Positions 53,929-64,000 of a stretch of 64,000 nt of DNA are shown here, in pieces. The notes beneath the pieces are model-generated. The model was not told where the DNA came from. It was given only the letters and a program-made list of their open reading frames with translations, and did not search any database. Both the position numbers and the translations under genes were made by a program. Numbering within the stretch: the first letter of the stretch is position 1; each line of letters begins with the position of its first letter. Origin of the DNA: Eledone cirrhosa. Its lineage: Eukaryota. The DNA lies in NCBI GenBank assembly GCA_964016885.1, contig OZ024740.1, positions 159,836,001 through 159,900,000 on the forward strand, in the 5' to 3' direction.

Positions 53929-56550
53929 CATCATCATCAACGTTTAACGTCCGTGTTCCACGCTTGCATGGGTTTGGACGGGGGTTTTCCCACTTGAGGC
54001 AAGAGTGATTGTCTTGCTCGCATAGGACTGTCTGGCAGGTTTTCTACAGTTGGATGCCCTTCCTAATACCAACCACATTTACAGTGTGGGTCTGGGAGGT
54101 TTTTACCGTGTTGCCTACACGGCCACATTACAGCGTGGACTGTGTGTTTTTTTGTCGTGACACCTACACGATCTCATTTTTTTCGGCCTGGATGGTGTGG
54201 CACCAACATAACTTTACATAGAAGGGGGCGGTGTGGATGGGGTGGGGTGGGGTGTATTTTGTTAGAGATGCCTACTGACTGTAGTAGGTTTTACTTTGTA
54301 TTTAGGTAAGGCGGGTCTTCTCTATTACTGAGTACCGCCAAAGGTTTCGGTCCAGTGACATTGTCTTGGTGAGGTGTAAGTGTGTGAGGTCGGAGTTTAT
54401 CAGCTCGTCCCAGGTTTTTCTGGGTCTGCCTATTCCGTGGCTACCGTCTATCTTTATTGCCCTGCACTTTGTTATACAGCTATCGTCCTTCATGCGCATC
54501 ACGTGACCATACCAACGTAGTCTTCTCTCTAGTAAACAACATCTGATCCCTCCTATTTCTAATTTTTTCCTTAGTTCGTTTATGCTTTGTCGTTCACGTA
54601 TATTACTATTACACATCCAGCGGAGCATGCAAGCTTCGTTTCTCTCTAGTCTGCGTATATCCTCTGCACACAATGCCCAGGTCTCACTGCCATGCAACAT
54701 TGCTGTTCGTATGCAGGGATCATACAGCCTCCCTTTCATTTATAGAGAGAACCCTTTAGCGGCTAATAGTGGTAAAAGCTCTCTGAACTTTTTCCATCCA
54801 GTTCTGACTCTAGCTACTATACTTTCAGAGCACCCTCCACCACTGCTGATTTTGTCACCCAAGTAACGGAAAGTGTCCACGCTTTCTATAGAACCATCTA
54901 TGCAATGGAATGAGCTAGTATTCTGTGGGCACTTGCTGCTACTTATTGCACCAGAGCACCAGCCACATATAAAATCTATATTCTTAGTTAGCTTACCTGT
55001 GATCCCACTACATCTTTTATGCACCCATACTTTGCATTTGGGACACAAAATGGAATTTCTACCGACGCCTCTCCTACACTCTGCGCATGGCCACTTCCCG
55101 GAGGGGACCGCCGCCTTATTTTCTTTCCTACAAACTAGAACTTTAGTCTTAGCCAGGTTAATTTTAAGGCCTTTTGTTTAAGGCCGTGCTTCCATGTTTG
55201 GAATTTCTTCTCTAGCTCGGCCATTGATTCAGCTATGAGCGTTAGATCATCTGCGTATAGGAGTTCCCATGGGCAGCCGGTCTTGAACTCCACTGTTATA
55301 GCCTGAAGGGTAAAAATAAATAGTAGGGGGCTAAGAACGGAGCCCTGATGAACACCAACTTTTACACTAAACTCTTCACTATATTCGTTGTTAATTCTAA
55401 CCTTGCTGACTGTTTCTTTATACATGTCTTGTATAGCTCTCACAAGCCATTCATCAACACCTAGTTTTCTAAGAGCCCACCAGATAATGGAACGGGGGAC
55501 TCTGTCGAAGGCCTTCTCCAAGTCGACGAAAGCTAAGTATAGGGGTTTACTTTTAGCTAGGTACTTCTCCTGTAGTTGTCGTACAATGAAAAGAGCGTCT
55601 GTGGTACTTTTTCCTGACACAAACCCGAACTGCATTTCATCAAGATCAATTCGCTCTCTGATTAGTTGCGCTATTACTTTTTCCGTGACCTTCATGACCT
55701 GGTCGATTAATTTAATGCCTCTATAGTTACTCCTATCTAGGGCATCTCCTTTACCCTTATAACAGTTAACGATAATGCTGCTACGCCAGTCCTTCGGAAC
55801 AACCCCATTCTGTATGACTTGGTTGATTATACGGGTGACCATGGTGTGTCCCACCGTACCAGATGCCTTCAGCATCTCGGCAACTATTTCCGAAGGCCCA
55901 GCCGCCTTGCCTGTCTTCATATCTTTGATTGCCTTACTTATTATACTACCCTCGACTAACACTGCTGGTCCCTCTATTGGATTGATGTGGGGAAGACTGT
56001 CTTTCTCCCATTTATTCTCCTCATTTAGTTGCCTTTCATAGTGACACTTCCAAGCTACCTTCTTATCGGCGTCGGTGATGGCAAGTACGCCGTCATCGTT
56101 AAGTACACACTTCTCCCCGACAATATCACTGTTTTCCTTGACACATTGCCTAGCAATCCTGAACACCTCACGTTTTTGGTCCTCACGTTGTAGAACATGC
56201 TTGAACTTTCTTTCCTCTGCTTCCCTTCTTGCGAAGTACACTTGTCTCCTAGCTTCCCTCCTGGCCACTTGATAGTCTTCTCTGCTTCCCCCATCCCGCC
56301 ATACTTTCCAAGCCTGCTTTTTGGCCTTAAATGACCCCTCCACCTTACTGTTCCACCACCATGTTACTCTCCTCCTGCCTACAGGCCTGCTACAGCCACA
56401 GACTTCGTCTGCCGCCGTCAGCAGGTTTGTTTTCAGGAATTCCCACTGTTCCTCTACCTTGTACGTCTCTAATTGCTCTTCCTTACTGTCGAAAGCATCA
56501 AGTAATATGCTTTGAAATTTATTTTTGGCTGTGGGGTCCTTTAGCTTCCT
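53926..56550 (-). mobile_element. RTE LINE family 1, second 5'-truncated copy
   Basis: ORFs 55135-56550, 54740-55048 and 54302-54739 are collinear with 44572-47135. Confidence 0.95.
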
Positions 56551-56798
56551 ATATGTATATATATATATATATATGTCGTTTCTGAATTTGTTTAGCAAGA
56601 TTCTTTATCTGAAATCGTGTGTTGAAACCGATATTGTTATACTTTGGGAGGGTCATGTTGCCAATAAGAAACACACGCCCCAGTTGCTTTCACTTCAATT
56701 TATTATATATTTATAAATTTATAAATTTACAAATCTACAAACTTATAAATTTCTGGTTGGTTGGTTGGTTCCACAACCAGATAGTTGTTTATATATAT

Positions 56799-56843
56799 AG
56801 TCATAGTCCTTTCGTCACACACTCTGTGACCTCTTCAGTGACT
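56799..56843 (-). ncRNA. Type I hammerhead
   Basis: Reverse complement of 57477-57521. Confidence 0.8.
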
Positions 56844-57476
56844 GGGGATTCCTTTCTTCGTTTCTGTGCCTTTTCTTTCTTCTATCCTACGCCATTTTGT
56901 TTCTGTGTGTGTGTTGTGTGCTCAGTTTGCGCATGTGCCACATCCGGGTGTCTGTGTGTGTTTGTGTTCATTTTTCTATTTGTTTTATTTTTTTATTGTT
57001 GGTTGGTTGTTTGTTCTATGTGTGTTTGTGTTTTCATTTTGTCCTGTGTGTGTTTACATTTTGTGTGTGTTTTCAATTCTTTAAAGAATCATCTGTGCTC
57101 TAACCAACATGCTAAGATAGAACACAGGGGTAGATTAGAGAGCATAGAAATAAAAATAGAATCCACGCACAGAAAAGACGCAATGTTTAGGCAAATTATA
57201 GAGGCAGTAAGCATAAAAGATTTAAAACCAAATTAATAGAAAATATGAGTGGAACAGCAACATCACAACTTACAATTAAGGACAAAATGAAAACACACAC
57301 ACACATAGAACAAACAACCAACCAACAATAATAATAAACAAATAGAAAAATGAACACAAACACACACAGACACCCGGATGTGGCACATGCGCAAACTGAG
57401 CACACAACACACACACAGAAACAAAATGGCGTAGGATAGAAGAAGAAAAGGCACAGAAACGAAGAAAGGAATCCCC

Positions 57477-57521
57477 AGTCACTGAAGAGGTCACAGAGTG
57501 TGTGACGAAAGGACTATGACT
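57477..57521 (+). ncRNA. Type I hammerhead
   Basis: AGTCA-CTGAAGA-G-GTCACA gagtg TGTGAC-GAA-AGGACT-A-TGACT. Confidence 0.8.
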
Positions 57522-57685
57522 ATATATATAAACAACTATCTGGTTGTGGAACCAACCAACCAGAAATTTATAAGTTTGTAGATTTGTAAATTTATAAATT
57601 CATAAATATATAATAAATTGAAGTGAAAGCAACTGGTGCGTGTGTTTCTTATTGGCAACATGACCCTCCCAAAGTATAACAATAT

Positions 57686-57949
57686 ATATACATGTATATA
57701 TGTATATGTATATGTATATATATATATTTATATATGTATATATATATATTTATATATGTATATGTATATATAAGTGTATATATATATATGTATATATATA
57801 TATATGTATATATATGTATGTATATATATATATATGTATATATGTACATGTATATGTATATATATATATGTATATATGTATATATATATATTTATATATG
57901 TATATGTATATGTATATATATATATATATTATATATGTATATATATATG

Positions 57950-57980
<31 letters not shown>

Positions 57981-58304
57981 GTATATGTATATATATATGT
58001 ATATGTATATATATATGTAAATGTATATATATATATGTATATATATATATGTATATGTATATATATATGTATATGTATATATATATATATGTATATGTAT
58101 ATATATATATATGTATATTTATGTATATAAATATATGTATATGTATATATATATACGTATATATGTATATGTATATGTATATGTATATATATATGTATAT
58201 ATGTATATATATACGTAAATGTATATATATATATATATGTATATATGTATATGTATATATATATATGTATATGTATATATATATCTATATGTATATATAT
58301 CTGT

Positions 58305-58337
<33 letters not shown>

Positions 58338-58487
58338 TATATATATGTATATGTGTATATGTATATATATATGTATATGTGTATATATATAAATGTATAT
58401 ATATCTATGTATATGTATATATATATATTTATATATATATGTATATATGTATATATATATGTATATATGTATATATGTATATATATG

Positions 58488-58524
<37 letters not shown>

Positions 58525-58585
58525 GAATATATGTATATATATATATGTATATATGTATATATATGTATATATATATGTATATATG

Positions 58586-58620
<35 letters not shown>

Positions 58621-59503
58621 GTATATATATATGTATATATGTATATATATATATATATGTATATATGTATATATATATACATATATACATATATATATAC
58701 ACATATATATATACATATATACATATATCTATATACATATATTCATATATATATATACATATATACATATATATATATATACATATATATACATATATAC
58801 ATATATACATATATATATACATATATATATACATATATACATATATATATAAATATATATATATACATAAATGTATATATATATACGTAAATGTATATAT
58901 ATATATATATGTATATATGTATATGTATATATATATATGTATATGTATATATATATGTATATGTATATATATCTGTATATGTATATATGTATATGTATAT
59001 GTATATATATATGTATATGTGTATATGTATATGTATATGTATATATATATATATGTATATATATCTATGTATATGTATATATATATATTTATATATATAT
59101 ATATATATGCATATTTATATATATATATGTATATATATATATATGTATATGTATATATGTATATATATATATGCATATGTATATATATATGTATATATAT
59201 ATATATATGTATATATATATAGGCATATATATATATGTATATATATATATGTATATATATATATGTATATATATATGTATATATATATGTATATATATAT
59301 ATGTATATATATGCATATATATATGTATATATATATATGTATATATATGCATATATATATATGTATATATATATGTATATATATATATATGTATATATGT
59401 ATATATATATGTATATATATATGCATATGTATATATATATGTATATATATATATGTATATATATATAGGCATATATATATATGTATATATATATATGTAT
59501 ATA

Positions 59504-59550
<47 letters not shown>

Positions 59551-59793
59551 CTGTATATATATATATTTCGTTTCTGAAGTTGTTTAACAAGATTCTTTTT
59601 CTGAAAACGTGTGTTGAAACCGATATTGTTATACTTTGGGAGAGTCATGTTGCCAATAAGAAAAACATGCATCAGTTGCTTTCACTTCAATTTATGATAA
59701 TAAATTTATAAATTTATTATAATTAATCGAAGTGAAAGCATGAAAGTGAAAGCTATATATGTATAGATATATAATTGTATATATATATAATAT

Positions 59794-59829
<36 letters not shown>

Positions 59830-59870
59830 GTATATATATATATGTATATATATATATATGTATATGTATA

Positions 59871-59911
<41 letters not shown>

Positions 59912-60068
59912 ATATATATATGTATATATGTATATATATATATATGTATCATCATCATCATCATCATCGTTTAACGTCCATCTTCCACGCTTGCATGGGT
60001 TTGGACCGTATATATATATGTATATACATATATATGTATATATATATATATGTATATACATATATATG

Positions 60069-60101
<33 letters not shown>

Positions 60102-60114
60102 GTATATATATATG

Positions 60115-60145
<31 letters not shown>

Positions 60146-60170
60146 GTATATATATATGTATATATATATG

Positions 60171-60259
<89 letters not shown>

Positions 60260-60268
60260 GTATATATG

Positions 60269-60303
<35 letters not shown>

Positions 60304-60351
60304 GGCATATATATGTATATATATGTATATATATATACATATATATATATG

Positions 60352-60402
<51 letters not shown>

Positions 60403-60659
60403 CTATATATATATGTACATATATATATGTATATATATCTATATATATGTATATATGTATATGCATATGTATATATATATATGTATATATATATGTATAT
60501 ATGCATATGTATATATATATATGTATATATATATGTATATATATGTATATGTATATGTATATATATATGTATATATATATATGTATATATATATGTATAT
60601 ATATATGTATATATATGTATATATATGTATATATATGTATATATATGTATATATATATG

Positions 60660-60694
<35 letters not shown>

Positions 60695-60755
60695 GTATAT
60701 ATATATGTATATATATATATGTATATATATATGTATATATATATATATGTATATA

Positions 60756-60825
<70 letters not shown>

Positions 60826-60860
60826 TATATATATATATATATATGTTTATATATATATAT

Positions 60861-60893
<33 letters not shown>
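57686..60893. repeat. (TA)n/(TATG)n compound arrays, interrupted by a PLE terminus (59565-59750) and an RTE tail (59948-60008)
   Basis: Direct inspection. Confidence 0.9.
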
Positions 60894-60894
<1 letters not shown>

Positions 60895-63145
60895 TTCGTT
60901 TCTGAATTTGTTTAGCAAGGTTTTCATCTGAAATCGTGTGTTGAAACCGATATTGTTATACTTTGGGAGGGTCATGTTGCCAATAAGAAACACACGCACC
61001 AGTAGGTTTCACTTCAATTTATTATAATAAATTTATAATAAATTTATAAATTTATAAATTTCTGGTTGGTTGGTTGGTTCCATAACCAGATAGTTGTTTA
61101 TATATTGTCATAGTTCTTTCGTCACACACTCTGAGACCTCTTCAGTGACTGGGGATTCCTTTCTTTGTTTCTATGCCTCTCCTTCGTTCTGTCCTACGCC
61201 ATTTTGTTTCTGTGTGTGTGTTGTGTGCTCAGTCTGCGCATGCGCCACATCCGGGTGTCTGTGTGTGTTTATGTTCATTTATTTATTTGTTTATTTACAT
61301 GTTACTGTTTGGTTGTTTGTTCTATGTGTGTGTGTGTTTTCATTTTGTCCTTAATTGTAAGTTGTGATGTTGCTGTTCCACTCATATTTTCTATTTAATT
61401 TTGGTTGTAATTCTTTTATGTTTATTGCCTCTGTAATTTTTCTAAACATTGCATCTTTTCTGTGTGTAGATTCTATTTTTATTTTTATGTTCTCTAATTT
61501 ACCCTTGTGTTCTATTTTAGCATGTTGGTAGAGTACAAATGATTCTTTACTATCTTGAAGGTCTCGCCAGTGTTCATTTATCCGTTCCCCTACACTACGA
61601 GTTGTCTCACCTATGTACACTATATTTTTGTCTCTACATTGTCCTTCAGTACATCTTATGCTATACACTACATTTCTAGTTTTACAGTTAATATGGGGGC
61701 TTATTTTACAGGTTATACATTTCTTATCTATACATGAGGGTCTTTGGAACGGGTATGTCTTGCTAATAAGTGTTTTTACGGAGGTACCTGGTATTTCTAC
61801 TATCTTAATATTGAGTTTATGTTTATTTAGGGCCCTTCTAAATTTGTAAGCTAATTCACCTCTAGGGGTTGTATCGATGAATATTACACTCTGGTATTTA
61901 TTGCTATCATACCATGAGTTTATTCTATTAGCCTTGTTCCTAGTTCTTTCTATTCTATTCCAAAATTTGCTCCTATACAAGGGGCAGGTCCCATTTATGT
62001 CATTATTTACCATTTTTTCCCATTTGGTTCTGGCTCCTCTATACACTCTGATTTTATCTCTCTGATTGTAGCCAGAGAACTGCATACGGTGGATGAAGTG
62101 TTGTATGTGTCTCTCTAGTTCTTCGGGGTTGCACATGCGGGACACATTTCTCATCACCCGTACCAAATCCGCAATCAGTATGTTGATTTTGGTATGGTCC
62201 GAAACGGCCGAGTTTCGGTGGATCAGATGTTTGGAAGTCATGGGTTTGGCATAATGGGAATGGAGGATTTGTGTTTTGTTGTTAATGGTATCTAACCAGA
62301 GCTCTGTGTCTAGTACAGGTAATCGATGGTTGGGGTGTTTACTTGGGTAGTCTATAGTAACTCTAATGCTCTGGTGGATGGAGTTTGCTATTTGCTGGAT
62401 GCTTTCCATTGTGTTTTTCTCTAGTTCCTGACTGTTCTCTAGTGGGGGTGTCTTAACTACGATGTTTATATCATCAACGTAGCGGGAGTACATTGTCAGG
62501 GTTAAGAGGTTTTCTAATTGTTCTTTAAGTTTAAGTTTAAGTCTACTTCCCACCATACCATGAATAAGTTAGCTATGTCGCCTGCAATGCTAACATCAAT
62601 GGCTGCTCCTTCCTCTTGGGCATATGTTTTTCCATTAAATTTGAACATATGTTCCTTAAGGGTTAGTTTTATGCTGGCCCCTACCGCATGTGTAATCATT
62701 TTCTTCAGTTCATCGTGGTTTTCGGGTGTCCGTATGGCTCTGGTCCACCCGTTCCATCTATCTGTGTGGGTTTTCTTGGCCATTGAGGTAATGGTAGGTG
62801 GTCTGCCTCTTGCTGGTCTTGTAGGGCACAGGTTGCTAAGGTCATATGTGTCTAGGTAATTATTACTATAGGTAAGCTTAAGTAGGAGTCCCAGCTCACT
62901 GGTATCAATCCCACGGAACTCAACCTTGCTCTCACTGATCATTTCCACGCTTTTCTCCACAGCAAAATCCACGTCAATAGATGTATACAGGGACACAACA
63001 TCCATACTGCCTATTATGCAGTTTGTTAGGTCCCTAGATCGGTTACCCACGCCAATTCTGCTGAGGAGGTCCTCCGTGCTGTCACATACATCTGGGGACA
63101 TTTCAATGATGGGGCGTCTGATCAGGGAGAGGAAGTAGTACATTA
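60895..63145 (-). mobile_element. 5'-truncated Penelope-like element (RT plus GIY-YIG, one frameshift near 62550)
   Basis: GSMDVVSLYTSI, FKFNGKTYAQEEGAAI, RYVDD, LPVLD, CIDKKCITC, VVYSIRC...YIGETTRS..ERINEH. Confidence 0.93.
61107..61149 (-). ncRNA. Type I hammerhead on the PLE sense strand
   Basis: GTCA-CTGAAGA-G-GTC...GAC-GAA-AGAACT-A-TGAC. Confidence 0.75.
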
Positions 63146-63569
63146 TTTCTCACTTCTCCATATTCATTTTCATTACTTTTTCACCAATTTTTCATTTATT
63201 CTTTATTCTTTATTCTTTATTCTCTATTTATTTATTTATTTTCAAATTATACAAATAATATTAATTATTTTATTATATTATTTATTTATTTTCTGTTTTC
63301 TTCATTTATTGCCTTATATTACTTCATATACATGGAAGAACCCCCACCCCCACCCCACCACCACCACCACTACGATGGTGGCAGGAGGGATGAAGAAAAA
63401 ACACAAACTGGATACTTCTAAATTGTTAGCAGCAGCAAGTTATAAGCTGACCACTACACCAACAACACTACCAAAATAATGGTAGAGGTCAAATGTACTG
63501 AACAATAGCAGGCAGAAACACTATAGGGAGCCTCACCCCAGAAAGAATTCTATAGACTTCTGACTGAGG

Positions 63570-63990
63570 AATGCTCTCAGAACTGACCAATGGGAAGTTT
63601 GACACTTTTTTTGTTATTTTGTTCCTTTAACACCTTGTCCCTTCTACCATTTTATCAATTTTTAAGCTAACTCCAACAATAACAACACTTAGATTGAGGA
63701 ATGTTCTAATAACTGACCAATGAGAGGAGAAGAGGACCTTTGACACTGAAATTAGTTTGTTTGAATTCATATGACTCCAGTTCCTCAGTGAATTAACAAC
63801 GCAACAAGGAACTGGGCATATCAGAGTATTGACAATATTATACACCTAAACAACATATGTACTTGTCTATACCATACTAATTCAAACTGCCTGAAGAGGT
63901 CACAGCCAAAGATGGCTGTCACTGAAATATATATAGCAGTAATAAACGAAGCTAAATTTTAATCATTTGACTTTTATTTAACTTTATTTT
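63570..63990 (+). mobile_element. PLE-type 3' terminus (family of 17608-18143)
   Basis: 63767-63990 is near-identical to 17825-18050 and ends in TA. Confidence 0.8.
63886..63940 (+). ncRNA. Type I hammerhead
   Basis: Identical to 17944-17998. Confidence 0.85.
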
Positions 63991-64000
63991 ATATATATAT

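Larger units (their letters stand above)
56575..57685. mobile_element. Inverted pair of PLE 3' ends (60895 family)
   Basis: About 56630-57040 is inverted at 57280-57685. 57100-57275 encodes the GIY-YIG C-terminus (QHAKIEH...IEAVSIKDLKP). Confidence 0.9.

Noticed and set aside
57649-60915. Long YI/YM/CI-rich ORFs (also throughout the window)
   Set aside because: Translations of TA, TATG and CA microsatellites.

Overview
This is eukaryotic, very AT-rich, repeat-saturated DNA, and I could not support any host protein-coding exon in it. The SINE/RTE repertoire and the huge (TA)n arrays suggest a mollusc, probably an octopus/coleoid cephalopod (inference). Most ORF-track entries are microsatellite artefacts. 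The real content is as follows. (1) Four Penelope-like element (PLE) bodies with RT and/or GIY-YIG sequence, plus many short PLE-type termini sitting in (TA)n. (2) Two RTE-clade LINE families. (3) A decayed R4/Dong-like element. (4) Helitron, Tc1/mariner and hAT remnants. (5) Two tRNA-derived SINE families. The strongest hidden signal is RNA-level. Reading by eye, I find about a dozen well-formed type I hammerhead ribozyme motifs from at least six unrelated sequence families, plus several degenerate ones. They include a compensatory U3-A8 core variant, palindromic stem III forms, opposite-strand pairs inside fold-back palindromes, a 541-nt ORF-less retrozyme-like unit and a near 'ribozyme-only' insertion. 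Coordinates of decayed elements are approximate.
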